This document shows, piece by piece, positions 44,585-57,382 of a stretch of DNA of 64,000 bases. The notes under the pieces were generated by a model, which was not told where the DNA came from, did not search any database, and worked only from the letters and a program-made list of their open reading frames with translations. The stretch lies in the NCBI RefSeq assembly GCF_055900595.2, contig NZ_CM148325.1, one strand, 5' to 3'. Made by a program: the position numbers and the translations under genes. Every line of letters begins with the position of its first letter. The first letter of the stretch is position 1.

Positions 44585-45616
44585 ATGTCTGCATTTACCC
44601 CGGCAAGTGAAGTCTTGCTGCGTCACAGTGATGATTTCGAACAAAGCCGTATTCTTTTTGCCGGAGACTTACAGGATGACCTGCCCGCGCGTTTAGATAC
44701 CGCGGCCAGCCGTGCTCATACCCAGCAATTCCACCACTGGCAGGTGTTAAGCCGCCAAATGGGTGATAACGCCCGTTTTAGCCTGGTGGCAACGGCGGAT
44801 GACGTCGCAGATTGCGATACGCTGATTTACTACTGGCCGAAGAACAAACCGGAAGCCCAGTTTCAGTTAATGAATTTACTTTCTCTGCTGCCGGTGGGGA
44901 CGGATATTTTTGTTGTTGGCGAGAACCGCAGCGGCGTGCGCAGCGCCGAGCAGATGCTTGCAGATTATGCGCCGTTGAATAAAGTCGACAGCGCCCGTCG
45001 CTGTGGCCTCTATTTTGGTCGTCTGGAAAAACAGCCGGTATTTGATGCCGATAAATTCTGGGGCGAATACAGCGTCGATGGCCTGACGGTGAAAACGCTG
45101 CCTGGCGTGTTTAGCCGCGACGGTCTGGATGTCGGTAGCCAGTTGCTGCTCTCGACGTTAACTCCGCACACGAAAGGTAAAGTGCTGGATGTCGGCTGCG
45201 GTGCAGGCGTTCTTTCAGTTGCCTTTGCACGCCACTCACCGAAGATTCGTCTCACGTTGTGCGATGTTTCTGCGCCAGCGGTTGAAGCCAGCCGTGCAAC
45301 ACTTGCGGCCAACGGTATTGAAGGTGAAGTCTTTGCCAGCAACGTCTTTTCTGAGGTGAAAGGTCGTTTTGATATGATCATCTCCAATCCGCCGTTCCAC
45401 GATGGGATGCAAACCAGTCTGGATGCAGCACAAACGCTGATTCGCGGCGCGGTGCGTCATCTTAACAGCGGCGGCGAGCTGCGAATTGTAGCGAACGCCT
45501 TCCTGCCTTACCCGGACGTGCTGGATGAGACATTTGGCTTCCACGAAGTGATCGCGCAAACCGGGCGCTTCAAGGTGTATCGCGCCATTATGACCCGCCA
45601 GGCGAAGAAAGGTTAA
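44585..45616 (+). CDS. rsmC: 16S rRNA (guanine1207-N2)-methyltransferase RsmC
   Basis: 343-aa ORF with SAM-binding [11 protein letters not shown] and NPPFH motifs. Confidence 0.92.
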   Translation: MSAFTPASEVLLRHSDDFEQSRILFAGDLQDDLPARLDTAASRAHTQQFHHWQVLSRQMGDNARFSLVATADDVADCDTLIYYWPKNKPEAQFQLMNLLSLLPVGTDIFVVGENRSGVRSAEQMLADYAPLNKVDSARRCGLYFGRLEKQPVFDADKFWGEYSVDGLTVKTLPGVFSRDGLDVGSQLLLSTLTPHTKGKVLDVGCGAGVLSVAFARHSPKIRLTLCDVSAPAVEASRATLAANGIEGEVFASNVFSEVKGRFDMIISNPPFHDGMQTSLDAAQTLIRGAVRHLNSGGELRIVANAFLPYPDVLDETFGFHEVIAQTGRFKVYRAIMTRQAKKG

Positions 45617-45634
45617 GTATCCCGCCGCAAGCCT

Positions 45635-45790
<156 letters not shown>

Positions 45791-45916
45791 CGTTAGTTTC
45801 CTGATGGACATTTTTCCAGCAATTACACCTCCGTCGATAATTAACTATTGACGAAAAGCTGAAAACCACTAGAATGCGCCTCCGTGGTAGCAATTCTTTT
45901 TAAGAATTGATGGTAT

Positions 45917-46003
45917 GCGAAGGTGGCGGAATTGGTAGACGCGCTAGCTTCAGGTGTTAGTGTCCTTACGGACGTGGGGGTTCAAGTCCCCCCCCTCGCA
46001 CCA
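45917..46003 (+). tRNA. leuV: tRNA-Leu (anticodon CAG)
   Basis: GCGAAGGTGGCGGAATTGGTAGACGCGCTAGCTTCAGGTGTTAGTGTCCTTACGGACGTGGGGGTTCAAGTCCCCCCCCTCGCACCA; copy 1 of 3. Confidence 0.93.
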
Positions 46004-46031
46004 AAAACCACGTTGATATTGCTCGCACTGG

Positions 46032-46118
46032 GCGAAGGTGGCGGAATTGGTAGACGCGCTAGCTTCAGGTGTTAGTGTTCTTACGGACGTGGGGGTTCAA
46101 GTCCCCCCCCTCGCACCA
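46032..46118 (+). tRNA. leuP: tRNA-Leu (anticodon CAG), variable-arm variant (T at 46079)
   Basis: Identical to the flanking copies except C to T at tRNA position 48. Confidence 0.9.
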
Positions 46119-46151
46119 AACGAGGCGATATCAAAAAAGTAAGATGACTGT

Positions 46152-46238
46152 GCGAAGGTGGCGGAATTGGTAGACGCGCTAGCTTCAGGTGTTAGTGTCC
46201 TTACGGACGTGGGGGTTCAAGTCCCCCCCCTCGCACCA
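46152..46238 (+). tRNA. leuQ: tRNA-Leu (anticodon CAG)
   Basis: Third tandem copy, identical to copy 1. Confidence 0.93.
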
Positions 46239-46276
46239 ATTATCTTTACTTCCTTTCTTGTTTCTTCCTTGTTTTT

Positions 46277-46513
46277 TCATCCCTGATTCCAGTTCATTAT
46301 CATCAGCATAACGCCAGCAATAAGCGCCAGGCACGATGGTAGCAAAATGTAATGCCGTAACTGTTTGTGATACAACATCGCTGGCGTCAACACCAATCCC
46401 ATCAGAATAACAATCCGCCACTGATCCGGCGATATATCCACATACGTCAGCCCTGCAATCAGCAATCCTGGCAGCAACACTCCCCAACCACTGCCCAGCA
46501 TACGTTGCAACAT
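46277..46513 (-). CDS. yjjZ: small membrane protein YjjZ
   Basis: 78 aa from internal Met: MLQRMLGSGWGVLLPGLLIAGLTYVDISPDQWRIVILMGLVLTPAMLYHKQLRHYILLPSCLALIAGVMLMIMNWNQG. Confidence 0.7.
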   Translation of the reverse strand: MLQRMLGSGWGVLLPGLLIAGLTYVDISPDQWRIVILMGLVLTPAMLYHKQLRHYILLPSCLALIAGVMLMIMNWNQG

Positions 46514-46530
46514 GGTTTCATCTCTTTCAT

Positions 46531-46570
46531 TGATAATGATAACCAATATCATATGATAATTTTTATCATT
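46531..46570. promoter_or_regulatory. Fur box(es) in the yjjZ / fhuF control region
   Basis: TGATAATGATAACCAATATCATATGATAATTTTTATCATT, 17/19 match to GATAATGATAATCATTATC; second Fur-like site GCAATCATTATCATT at 46621-46635. Confidence 0.7.
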
Positions 46571-46653
46571 TGCAAGCCAGAGAAATCCCTTGCTATCGGG
46601 TAAACCTATCGTTAGGATTAGCAATCATTATCATTTAGATTACTATCCCGATT

Positions 46654-47442
46654 ATGGCCTATCGTTCCGCACCGCTCTATGAAGATGTTATCTGGCGAAC
46701 GCATCTCCAGCCGCAGGATCCTGGACTTGCAGAAGCAGTACGGTCGACGATCGCAGAAAATCGTGAACATTTGCTGGAGTTTATCCGCCTGGATGAACCC
46801 GCCCCATTTAGTGCCCTGACGCTGGCGCAATGGTCATCACCGAATGCGTTAAGTTCTCTGTTAGCTGTTTATTCCGATCATATCTACCGCAATCAACCAA
46901 CGATGATCCGCGAGAATAAGCCGCTGATCTCCCTGTGGGCGCAATGGTACATCGGCCTGATGGTGCCGCCATTAATGCTGGCCCTGTTAACGCAGGAAAA
47001 AGCATTAGATGTGTCGCCGGAACATTTCCACGTTGAGTTTCACGAAACCGGACGCGCCGCCTGTTTCTGGGTCGATGTGTATGAAGATAAAAACGCAACA
47101 CCACATTCACCGCAGCAGCGAATGGAAACGTTAATTAGCAAGGCGCTTGTTCCGGTTGTGCAAGCATTAGAAGCGACTGGAGAAATTAACGGTAAACTTA
47201 TCTGGAGTAATACCGGTTATTTGATCAACTGGTATCTGACTGAGATGAAACAGTTGCTCGGCGAGGCGACAGTTGAATCGCTGCGCCATGCCCTCTTTTT
47301 TGAGAAAACGCTCACTACCGGTGAAGATAATCCACTCTGGCGTACCGTGGTGCTGCGCGACGGCCTGCTGGTGCGCCGCACTTGCTGCCAGCGTTATCGC
47401 TTGCCGGATGTGCAGCAATGTGGTGACTGTACGCTGAAATAG
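46654..47442 (+). CDS. fhuF: ferric-siderophore reductase FhuF (C-terminal Cys cluster for 2Fe-2S)
   Basis: 262-aa ORF MAYRSAPLYEDVIWRTHLQP… ending …RRTCCQRYRLPDVQQCGDCTLK. Confidence 0.92.
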   Translation: MAYRSAPLYEDVIWRTHLQPQDPGLAEAVRSTIAENREHLLEFIRLDEPAPFSALTLAQWSSPNALSSLLAVYSDHIYRNQPTMIRENKPLISLWAQWYIGLMVPPLMLALLTQEKALDVSPEHFHVEFHETGRAACFWVDVYEDKNATPHSPQQRMETLISKALVPVVQALEATGEINGKLIWSNTGYLINWYLTEMKQLLGEATVESLRHALFFEKTLTTGEDNPLWRTVVLRDGLLVRRTCCQRYRLPDVQQCGDCTLK

Positions 47443-47480
47443 AAAAATTTGCCGGGGAAGTAAACCCGGCATTAAGCGTA

Positions 47481-48158
47481 TTAATAGGGGTGCAACACGT
47501 TACTTGCTTCGCAATGACGCATACATAACAGAATGTCTGCGGCCTCCAACAACCCTGCATCAGAACTGACGCCCAGTTTCGACATTACATTAAATTTATG
47601 CGCGCGGATCGTTTTGATATTGCGTTTAAGCTGCTCGGCAATTTGTGTCATTGAGTAGCCACGCGACATAAAGCGCAATATTTCTCTCTCCGTCGGGCTT
47701 AGCGTCCGGCTTTGGTTAATGTACCACTGATTGTTCAATCGGTCGGTCGCCTGACGCACACCATTTAATGACAAAAAGAGTTCCTGATGAAAAATCTCCA
47801 GCGTCGACGCTTTACTTAATACACCGTCCAGCGGTGATGGCGACAATGAACCAATCAGCCGAGCTTCAATATCATCATCCGCAATAACTAAACGTCGGGT
47901 ACGCGGAAACTTAATCGCCAGTTCAGTCAGGCAAGATAATCCCTCTCTGCGTTTACTTCTCATGGCAGAAAAAGAAAAAATGACCGCCGCAAACGAGATC
48001 CGCGACATGGCATCCTGAAATGACTCCTGACTGGTATAGATATGGAGCTTATAAGGGTTACCTGCAAACTTTCTGAATAAACTCTCAATACCGATACTGC
48101 TCATGACGCATTTTTCTATGAGTGCGACATTTCTCTTCTTAATTCGGCTGTGTTCCAT
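47481..48158 (-). CDS. bglJ: LuxR-family transcriptional activator BglJ
   Basis: 225-aa ORF with C-terminal LuxR HTH (…[42 protein letters not shown]…). Confidence 0.9.
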   Translation of the reverse strand: MEHSRIKKRNVALIEKCVMSSIGIESLFRKFAGNPYKLHIYTSQESFQDAMSRISFAAVIFSFSAMRSKRREGLSCLTELAIKFPRTRRLVIADDDIEARLIGSLSPSPLDGVLSKASTLEIFHQELFLSLNGVRQATDRLNNQWYINQSRTLSPTEREILRFMSRGYSMTQIAEQLKRNIKTIRAHKFNVMSKLGVSSDAGLLEAADILLCMRHCEASNVLHPY

Positions 48159-48841
48159 TCTGCGGCATCTCCATAAACAGAAGGCAAGTTAAGTTCTCTT
48201 GCACCCTGCGCGCTATTTATCCATGCATACATTTCAGCGTTGCTGTGAATTGCCAGTCGACGCATCGCACTGTTTTTTTGGGCGCTGATAGTTTTATTAC
48301 TTTTCTTAAGCAATGAAGCTATCTGGTTGATGCCCCATCCTTTACCTAATAGCCGCAGTACTTTGCGCTCTGAAAGAGTGAGAATAACGGAGCGATAGCT
48401 AAAATCATGCGTTTCAGTCATTGCCGGAGAGGTCAGCATGGCACTGATACGCTCTGCGTGCGTATTGCCAGAACGCACGGTCTTGACCAGATTCTCAATG
48501 GGTTCAACATCAGACAATAATGTCGCCGTAGGGCACATGAGCAGTTCTACCGCCTGGGAATACCAGGAGCGTGACACCATGAAAACCCAGTGAATTTCCC
48601 GATATTGTGAGATTAAAGAATAATAATGCTCACAAACAGAACGAGGATCTTCACTTTCACCGGCTAAATCTGCAATAACTAATCCGGAACGACGTAATTG
48701 TAATAAGGTAAGGTCCTCCGCAGAGGCGCTGGATATTATTTTATATTCAGGGAAGTGAGTCCTCATGACCTCTTTTAACCCTGCTTGCATAACAGGTATT
48801 TTACTGATAACAATTCCATTTTTGCAGCATCCTGGCAACAT
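48116..48841 (-). CDS. yjjQ: LuxR-family regulator YjjQ
   Basis: 241-aa ORF with C-terminal LuxR HTH; overlaps bglJ start (yjjQ-bglJ operon). Confidence 0.9.
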   Translation of the reverse strand: MLPGCCKNGIVISKIPVMQAGLKEVMRTHFPEYKIISSASAEDLTLLQLRRSGLVIADLAGESEDPRSVCEHYYSLISQYREIHWVFMVSRSWYSQAVELLMCPTATLLSDVEPIENLVKTVRSGNTHAERISAMLTSPAMTETHDFSYRSVILTLSERKVLRLLGKGWGINQIASLLKKSNKTISAQKNSAMRRLAIHSNAEMYAWINSAQGARELNLPSVYGDAAEWNTAELRREMSHS

Positions 48842-49396
48842 ATTTCCTCCACATCCACTGTCTAAAAATCATGATGGTCTATTCAGGATATTCATTCCTT
48901 AAATGTTTCCAGCAAATTAATAGATTAAGCGAATAAATTATCCTTTGCATTCACTTTCATATCAGCATACTCCTGCTGCACAATAACTCCACTGCATGTG
49001 TCAGAAGGTTAGCATCAAATGATAACCTGGTGAAATAGCCTGGAGACATTTAAAATATCTACATTAAGTTGTTAGAAATACTTAATGAAAAACAGAATCC
49101 TCATTCATTTAATTTATAATTAACTGATATCCCTTCCCGCAGGATGCAAAATCACACAATCAATATTTATTCAATAAAATCTGATAGTTTTAACTTGTTA
49201 AAATTAAAAAACGCGCCCAGTTATCTTTTATCCTGATTCGTAAGGGCTAAACAATAAATTCATTATAGTGATAATATTCATGCGATAATTTGTTTGCGGC
49301 GAGAGATAATTCGCTTTTTAACACCGAGCTTCTCCCGATAACCAGGATTAATCAGCGCAATTTTGATCTTAACCTGCCGCAAAACAACCGCGCTTC

Positions 49397-50694
<1,298 letters not shown>

Positions 50695-50801
50695 AATTGC
50701 CTCACTTAAAGCACGCGGATGAGAGACAGCCTCCTCTCCTCCGTGTGTTACTATAAAAGTTATCTCCCTTCTCGTTCATCGTTCCATATTTGAGAAACAG
50801 T

Positions 50802-51341
50802 ATGTCTTCCAGAGTTTTGACCCCGGACGTCGTTGGTATTGACGCCCTGGTACACGATCACCAAACCGTTCTGGCAAAAGCTGAAGGCGGTGTGGTTGCC
50901 GTATTTGCTAACAATGCCCCGGCGTTTTATGCCGTCACGCCTGCGCGCCTGGCTGAACTGCTGGCGCTGGAAGAAAAGCTGGCGCGTCCAGGAAGCGATG
51001 TCGCTCTGGACGATCAACTCTATCAGGAACCGCAAGCCGCTCCCGTTGCTGTACCCATGGGGAAATTCGCCATGTATCCGGACTGGCAACCCGATGCCGA
51101 CTTTATCCGCCTGGCGGCGCTATGGGGCGTGGCGCTAAAAGAGCCGGTGACCACCGAAGAACTGGCCTCATTCATTGCCTACTGGCAGGCGGAAGGTAAA
51201 GTCTTTCACCATGTACAGTGGCAACAAAAACTGGCGCGCAGCCTGCAAATCGGCCGTGCCAGCAACGGCGGACTGCCGAAACGAGATGTGAATACGGTCA
51301 GCGAACCTGACAGCCAAATTCCACCAGGATTCAGAGGGTAA
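50802..51341 (+). CDS. dnaT: primosomal protein DnaT
   Basis: ORF 50790..51341; start [45 protein letters not shown] (179 aa). Confidence 0.93.
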   Translation: MSSRVLTPDVVGIDALVHDHQTVLAKAEGGVVAVFANNAPAFYAVTPARLAELLALEEKLARPGSDVALDDQLYQEPQAAPVAVPMGKFAMYPDWQPDADFIRLAALWGVALKEPVTTEELASFIAYWQAEGKVFHHVQWQQKLARSLQIGRASNGGLPKRDVNTVSEPDSQIPPGFRG

Positions 51342-51343
51342 CG

Positions 51344-52081
51344 ATGAAAAACGTTGGCGACCTGATGCAACGCCTGCAAAAAATGATGCCTGCCCATATC
51401 AAACCTGCGTTTAAAACGGGTGAAGAACTACTGGCCTGGCAGAAAGAACAAGGGGCGATCCGCTCCGCCGCTCTCGAACGTGAAAATCGGGCGATGAAAA
51501 TGCAGCGCACCTTTAACCGCTCCGGTATTCGTCCACTGCATCAGAACTGCTCCTTTGAGAACTATCGCGTTGAGTGTGAAGGGCAGATGAATGCGTTAAG
51601 CAAAGCGCGCCAGTATGTCGAAGAGTTTGACGGCAACATCGCCAGCTTCATCTTTTCTGGCAAGCCAGGAACCGGCAAAAACCATCTGGCGGCGGCAATC
51701 TGCAACGAGCTACTGCTACGCGGTAAATCCGTATTGATCATCACCGTGGCCGATATTATGTCGGCGATGAAAGATACCTTCAGGAATAGCGGTACCAGCG
51801 AAGAACAACTGCTTAACGATCTGAGCAACGTTGATCTGCTGGTGATCGATGAGATCGGCGTGCAGACCGAATCGAAATACGAAAAAGTGATCATCAACCA
51901 GATCGTCGATCGCCGCTCTTCTTCCAAACGCCCAACCGGGATGCTGACTAACAGTAATATGGAAGAGATGACCAAGTTGCTGGGCGAACGCGTGATGGAT
52001 CGTATGCGCCTGGGTAACAGTTTGTGGGTGATCTTCAACTGGGATAGCTACCGTAGCCGGGTAACGGGTAAAGAGTATTAA
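51344..52081 (+). CDS. dnaC: replicative helicase loader DnaC
   Basis: 245-aa ORF with AAA+ Walker A FSGKPGTGKNHLAAAI. Confidence 0.95.
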   Translation: MKNVGDLMQRLQKMMPAHIKPAFKTGEELLAWQKEQGAIRSAALERENRAMKMQRTFNRSGIRPLHQNCSFENYRVECEGQMNALSKARQYVEEFDGNIASFIFSGKPGTGKNHLAAAICNELLLRGKSVLIITVADIMSAMKDTFRNSGTSEEQLLNDLSNVDLLVIDEIGVQTESKYEKVIINQIVDRRSSSKRPTGMLTNSNMEEMTKLLGERVMDRMRLGNSLWVIFNWDSYRSRVTGKEY

Positions 52082-52129
52082 TCCCCGTTTCTGGCGGTAT
52101 ACTGCGACACAATTCCACATTGAGTAATA

Positions 52130-52624
52130 ATGATGAAAACTGTTAAACACTTTCTGTGCTGTGCCCTTGCCGCCAGCGCATTAATTTCCACCGGGGTGCA
52201 TGCTGCATCCTGGAAAGATGCGCTCTCCAGCGCCGCCAGCGAACTTGGCAACCAAAACAGCACGACACAAGAAGGCGGTTGGTCGCTCGCTTCATTAACT
52301 AGCTTGCTTAGCAGCGGGAACCAGGCCTTAAGCGCAGATAACATGAACAATGCCGCAGGCATACTGCAATACTGCGCGAAGCAGAAGTTGGCTTCGGTAA
52401 CCGATGCCGAAAACATCAAGAACCAGGTGCTGGAAAAGCTGGGCCTGAACAGTGAAGAGCAAAAAGAAGACACCAACTATCTGGATGGCATTCAGGGTTT
52501 GCTGAAAACCAAAGATGGTCAGCAACTCAATCTGGATAACATCGGAACGACTCCGCTGGCAGAAAAGGTGAAAACCAAAGCCTGCGATCTGGTGATAAAG
52601 CAGGGGCTAAACTTCATTTCCTGA
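52130..52624 (+). CDS. yjjA: periplasmic protein YjjA (signal peptide)
   Basis: 164-aa ORF MMKTVKHFLCCALAASALISTGVHA…. Confidence 0.8.
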   Translation: MMKTVKHFLCCALAASALISTGVHAASWKDALSSAASELGNQNSTTQEGGWSLASLTSLLSSGNQALSADNMNNAAGILQYCAKQKLASVTDAENIKNQVLEKLGLNSEEQKEDTNYLDGIQGLLKTKDGQQLNLDNIGTTPLAEKVKTKACDLVIKQGLNFIS

Positions 52625-52877
52625 TCCGCGAAACGCCGCGTTTTAGCTGTTACCCGGCTGACGCGGCTCTCTCCTGCCCTTTTCCCTGCTCCTGTACGGT
52701 TTTCCCCCTGTTACACGGGAAGCGACCGTAATCAAAAAAGTCTGTTTATAAACTAATTCCTAACAACATCGCATTTTTTTGACACTAGAATTGCAGCAAT
52801 ATGGCGACGCCATTACATTGTGCTTCTCAAAAAGCTTAAACGTTGGCTAAACGGCCCGGTTTAGTGAGGATCGCCCG

Positions 52878-55169
52878 TTGTCAGAACTACTCTCTTTCGC
52901 CCTTTTTCTCGCCTCTGTGCTGATTTACGCATGGAAAGCGGGACGTAACACCTGGTGGTTTGCAGCCACGTTAACGGTGCTGGGGCTATTTGTCGTTTTA
53001 AATATCACCCTGTTTGCCAGCGACTATTTTACTGGTGATGGTATTAACGACGCGGTTCTCTATACCTTAACCAACAGCCTGACCGGTGCTGGCGTCAGCA
53101 AATACATTCTTCCGGGTATCGGCATTGTGCTGGGGCTGACGGCGGTGTTCGGTGCTCTGGGCTGGATCCTGCGCCGTCGTCGTCATCATCCGCACCATTT
53201 TGGTTACAGCCTGCTGGCACTCTTACTGGCGCTGGGTTCAGTGGATGCCAGCCCGGCATTTCGTCAGATAACGGAACTGGTGAAATCCCAGTCACGCGAC
53301 GGCGACCCGGACTTTGCGGCTTATTATAAAGAGCCGTCGAAAACTATCCCTGACCCGAAACTCAACCTGGTTTATATCTACGGCGAAAGTCTCGAGCGAA
53401 CCTATTTTGATAACGAAGCTTTCCCGGATCTCACGCCTGAACTGGGCGCGTTGAAAAATGAAGGCCTGGATTTCAGCCACACGCAGCAGCTGCCAGGAAC
53501 GGATTACACGATTGCGGGCATGGTGGCTTCTCAGTGCGGCATACCGCTGTTTGCTCCCTTTGAAGGCAACGCCTCCGCTTCTGTTTCCAGCTTCTTCCCA
53601 CAGAACATCTGTCTGGGCGATATCCTGAAGAACTCGGGTTATCAGAACTATTTCGTGCAGGGCGCGAATCTGCGTTTTGCCGGTAAAGATGTGTTTCTGA
53701 AGTCGCACGGCTTCGACCATTTATATGGCTCAGAAGAGCTGAAAAGCGTGGTGGCAGACCCACACTATCGCAACGACTGGGGATTCTACGACGATACCGT
53801 GCTGGATGAAGCGTGGAAAAAGTTTGAAGAGCTTTCCCGCTCTGGCCAGCGATTCTCACTGTTTACCCTGACGGTCGATACCCATCACCCGGATGGTTTT
53901 ATCTCGCGCACCTGTAACCGCAAAAAATATGATTTTGACGGTAAGCCAAATCAGTCATTCAGTGCGGTAAGTTGCAGCCAGGAGAACATCGCAACGTTTA
54001 TCAACAAAATCAAAGCGTCACCGTGGTTTAAAGATACTGTTATCGTCGTCTCTTCTGACCATTTAGCGATGAACAACACGGCGTGGAAATACCTTAATAA
54101 ACAGGATCGCAATAACCTGTTTTTTGTCATCCGTGGAGACAAGCCGCAGCAAGAGACGCTGGCGGTGAAGCGTAACACGATGGATAACGGCGCGACGGTG
54201 CTGGACATTCTCGGTGGCGATAACTATCTCGGACTTGGTCGTAGCAGTTTATCCGGGCAGTCGATGTCGGAAATCTTCCTCAATATCAAAGAGAAAACAT
54301 TGGCGTGGAAGCCAGATATCATCCGCCTGTGGAAATTCCCTAAAGAGATGAAAGAGTTCACCATCGACCAGCAGAAAAACATGATTGCCTTCTCGGGTAG
54401 CCATTTCCGTTTGCCGCTGCTGTTGCGGGTTTCAGACAAGCGCGTAGAACCGCTGCCGGAAAGTGAATACTCAGCACCGCTGCGTTTTCAGCTGGCCGAT
54501 TTTGCTCCACGCGACAATTTCGTCTGGGTTGACCGTTGCTATAAGATGGCACAACTCTGGGCTCCGGAACTGGCACTTTCCACCGACTGGTGTGTCTCGC
54601 AAGGGCAGCTTGGCGGTCAGCAAATTGTCCAGCATGTTGATAAAACAACATGGAAGGGCAAAACGGCATTTAAAGATACGGTCATCGACATGGCGCGTTA
54701 CAAAGGCAATGTCGATACGCTGAAGATTGTTGATAACGATATTCGCTACAAAGCCGACAGTTTCATCTTTAACGTCGCCGGTGCGCCAGAAGAGGTGAAA
54801 CAGTTTAGCGGGATTTCTCGTCCGGAGTCGTGGGGCCGCTGGTCCAACGCACAGCTGGGCGACGAAGTAAAAATCGAGTACAAGCATCCGCTGCCGAAGA
54901 AATTTGACCTGGTGATTACCGCCAAAGCATACGGCAATAACGCCAGCCGTCCTATTCCGGTACGCGTTGGCAATGAAGAACAAACCCTTGTGCTAGGCAA
55001 TGAAGTAACCACCACCACGCTGCATTTCGATAACCCAACCGATGCTGACACGCTGGTGATTGTGCCACCTGAACCCGTCTCAACCAATGAAGGGAATATC
55101 CTCGGACACTCGCCGCGTAAGCTTGGTATCGGCATGGTGGAAATTAAAGTGGTGGAACGTGAAGGGTAA
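52878..55169 (+). CDS. opgB: phosphoglycerol transferase I OpgB (MdoB)
   Basis: 763-aa ORF with N-terminal TM segments and a sulfatase-like domain. Confidence 0.92.
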   Translation: MSELLSFALFLASVLIYAWKAGRNTWWFAATLTVLGLFVVLNITLFASDYFTGDGINDAVLYTLTNSLTGAGVSKYILPGIGIVLGLTAVFGALGWILRRRRHHPHHFGYSLLALLLALGSVDASPAFRQITELVKSQSRDGDPDFAAYYKEPSKTIPDPKLNLVYIYGESLERTYFDNEAFPDLTPELGALKNEGLDFSHTQQLPGTDYTIAGMVASQCGIPLFAPFEGNASASVSSFFPQNICLGDILKNSGYQNYFVQGANLRFAGKDVFLKSHGFDHLYGSEELKSVVADPHYRNDWGFYDDTVLDEAWKKFEELSRSGQRFSLFTLTVDTHHPDGFISRTCNRKKYDFDGKPNQSFSAVSCSQENIATFINKIKASPWFKDTVIVVSSDHLAMNNTAWKYLNKQDRNNLFFVIRGDKPQQETLAVKRNTMDNGATVLDILGGDNYLGLGRSSLSGQSMSEIFLNIKEKTLAWKPDIIRLWKFPKEMKEFTIDQQKNMIAFSGSHFRLPLLLRVSDKRVEPLPESEYSAPLRFQLADFAPRDNFVWVDRCYKMAQLWAPELALSTDWCVSQGQLGGQQIVQHVDKTTWKGKTAFKDTVIDMARYKGNVDTLKIVDNDIRYKADSFIFNVAGAPEEVKQFSGISRPESWGRWSNAQLGDEVKIEYKHPLPKKFDLVITAKAYGNNASRPIPVRVGNEEQTLVLGNEVTTTTLHFDNPTDADTLVIVPPEPVSTNEGNILGHSPRKLGIGMVEIKVVEREG

Positions 55170-55303
55170 TTCCTGACTGATTTGTAGGTCGCATAAGGTG
55201 CGACCTACACACCTTCTCCGGCTCACAACACATTATTAAGAAACAAAAAAAACAGCGCCCAACACTTCCCCGGACGCTGCATGGCAACTTTAATAATCTC
55301 GCC

Positions 55304-56329
55304 TTATAAGAAAGTAATTACACCCTTAATCAACTCACGGTTGTTAATCACATCGCGCTCATAGGTTTCTGCCAGCGTGGCGAACGGATAGCGATGGGTT
55401 AACATCATGTCGGCAGTGATTTTTCCTTCCGCCATCAGTCGACCGACTTTAGCGAAATCTTCCGGCGTGGCGTTGCGGCTGCCCATCATCGTCGTTTCTT
55501 TTTTATGGAATTCCGGATCGGAGAACTGCAACTCACCTTTAAACAGACCGACAAATACCACCGTGCCGCCGTGACGAATCAGATTTACGGTGTTATTCAT
55601 CGCATGTTGATTACCTGTCGCGTCGATCACTTTCTGCGCCAGCGAACCACCAAACTGCGCCCGCAGCTGCGCGTCAAAATCTTCGGCTGACGGGTCCAGC
55701 ACGGGCAACTCCAGACGCGTTGCCACATGTTCTCGGCGTGCCGGACTGGTATCCGCCACCACCACCTGTGCGCCATCAGCTTTAGCGATTGCCGCCGCGC
55801 CCAGACCGATTGGCCCCGCCCCGACCACCAGCACCTGCTCGCCGGGAGCAATGGCTGCACGACGCACCGCATGTGCGCTAATAGCGAAAGGTTCAATCAA
55901 TGCTGCCGCCTGCGGGTCAATACCGTCTGCGGGCAAAATGTTCGCCACCGGCACGCTCAAATACTCACTAAAACCACCATCCTGATGCACACCAATAACT
56001 GAAATTTTTTCACAGCAATTGGTGCGACCGCTTTTACATGCCGGGCATTGCTGACAGGCAACATAAGGGATCACCGCAACTTGCTGACCATTTTTAAGAT
56101 TTGCAATATTTTTACCCAGCCCAACAATCTCCCCACATATTTCATGGCCTAAAACGCGTGGATAACTAAAAAATGGTTGATTCCCACCCCAGGCATGAAT
56201 ATCGGTACCACAAATCCCGACAGACTTAATTTTTATTAATGCTTCATTGTCACCCGGAATAGGTATCTCGCGTTGTTTCCAGACTAATTCTTTCGGCTGC
56301 TGGCAAATTAAAACATTCATCGTAGACAT
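55304..56329 (-). CDS. lgoD: L-galactonate-5-dehydrogenase LgoD (YjjN), zinc-type alcohol dehydrogenase
   Basis: ORF 55304..56344; MDR motifs GHEICGEI, GAGPIGLG; start likely MSTMNVLICQQPKEL. Confidence 0.88.
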   Translation of the reverse strand: MSTMNVLICQQPKELVWKQREIPIPGDNEALIKIKSVGICGTDIHAWGGNQPFFSYPRVLGHEICGEIVGLGKNIANLKNGQQVAVIPYVACQQCPACKSGRTNCCEKISVIGVHQDGGFSEYLSVPVANILPADGIDPQAAALIEPFAISAHAVRRAAIAPGEQVLVVGAGPIGLGAAAIAKADGAQVVVADTSPARREHVATRLELPVLDPSAEDFDAQLRAQFGGSLAQKVIDATGNQHAMNNTVNLIRHGGTVVFVGLFKGELQFSDPEFHKKETTMMGSRNATPEDFAKVGRLMAEGKITADMMLTHRYPFATLAETYERDVINNRELIKGVITFL

Positions 56330-56467
56330 GATTCGGCTCTCCATTTTTTGTTGCCTTAGATATCAATGAAAATGAAAAATGGCAGCGGAACGGAAAATCT
56401 GTTTTGTGAAAACACACGCATAAAAATGTTTTAAATCGGGTTTTAATGGACTCACAAGGAGGAAAAT

Positions 56468-57382
56468 ATGAGTCGCTCACAAAATTTACGCCACAATGTG
56501 ATTAACCAGGTCATTGATGATATGTCGCGGGGTCACATCCCTTCCCCACTTCCATCGCAAAGTGCGCTGGCGGAAATGTACAACATCAGCCGCACCACAG
56601 TGCGTCATATTCTCAGCCACTTACGCGAATGCGGCGTCTTGACGCAGGTTGGAAACGACTATGTTATTGCGCGTAAACCTGACCATGATGACGGTTTCGC
56701 CTGTACAACCGCTTCAATGAGTGAACAAAACAAAGTGTTTGAGCAGGCTTTTTTTACGATGATAAACCAGCGCCAGTTACGCCCAGGGGAAACTTTTTCT
56801 GAACTGCAACTGGCGCGGGCCGCGGGTGTCAGCCCGGTGGTTGTAAGAGAATATCTTTTAAAATTCGGCCGTTATAATCTTATTCAAAGCGAAAAGCGCG
56901 GCCAGTGGAGCATGAAGCAATTCGATCAATCCTACGCCGAGCAGCTGTTTGAGCTACGCGAAATGCTCGAAACACATTCACTTCAGCACTTTCTCAACCT
57001 GCCTGATCACGATCCCCGCTGGCTGCAGGCGAAAACCATGCTCGAACGTCATCGGCTACTGCGTGACAACATCGGCAATAGCTTTCGCATGTTCTCGCAA
57101 CTTGACAGAGATTTTCACTCCTTACTGCTTTCAGCTGCCGATAATATCTTTTTTTATCAATCGCTTGAGATCATCTCAGTCATCTTTCATTTTCACTATC
57201 AATGGGACGAAAGCGATCTTAAACAGCGCAATATCATTGCCGTCGATGAGCATATGACCATTCTCAGCGCTCTGATTTGCCGCAGTGACCTGGATGCCAC
57301 CCTTGCGCTCCGTAACCATTTGAATTCAGCTAAACAATCAATGATTCGATCCATTAATGAGAACACGCGTTATGCTCATTAA
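56468..57382 (+). CDS. lgoR: GntR/FadR-family regulator LgoR (YjjM)
   Basis: 304-aa ORF with N-terminal GntR HTH (…LAEMYNISRTTVRHILSHLRE…). Confidence 0.88.
   Translation: MSRSQNLRHNVINQVIDDMSRGHIPSPLPSQSALAEMYNISRTTVRHILSHLRECGVLTQVGNDYVIARKPDHDDGFACTTASMSEQNKVFEQAFFTMINQRQLRPGETFSELQLARAAGVSPVVVREYLLKFGRYNLIQSEKRGQWSMKQFDQSYAEQLFELREMLETHSLQHFLNLPDHDPRWLQAKTMLERHRLLRDNIGNSFRMFSQLDRDFHSLLLSAADNIFFYQSLEIISVIFHFHYQWDESDLKQRNIIAVDEHMTILSALICRSDLDATLALRNHLNSAKQSMIRSINENTRYAH

Noticed and set aside
45917-46238. Tandem ~115-bp periodic repeats that could mimic a CRISPR array
   Set aside because: The repeat units are complete 87-nt tRNA-Leu genes with cloverleaf structure and CCA ends; no cas genes or short unique spacers are present
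46185-46487. 100-aa minus-strand ORF overlapping the third tRNA-Leu and yjjZ
   Set aside because: It overlaps a tRNA gene and, in another frame, the better-supported yjjZ ORF
55170-55303. Hairpin GTAGGTCGC-ATAAGGT-GCGACCTAC between opgB and lgoD as a possible small RNA or novel element
   Set aside because: It looks like a REP-type palindrome or terminator stem in a convergent intergenic region; there is no further support
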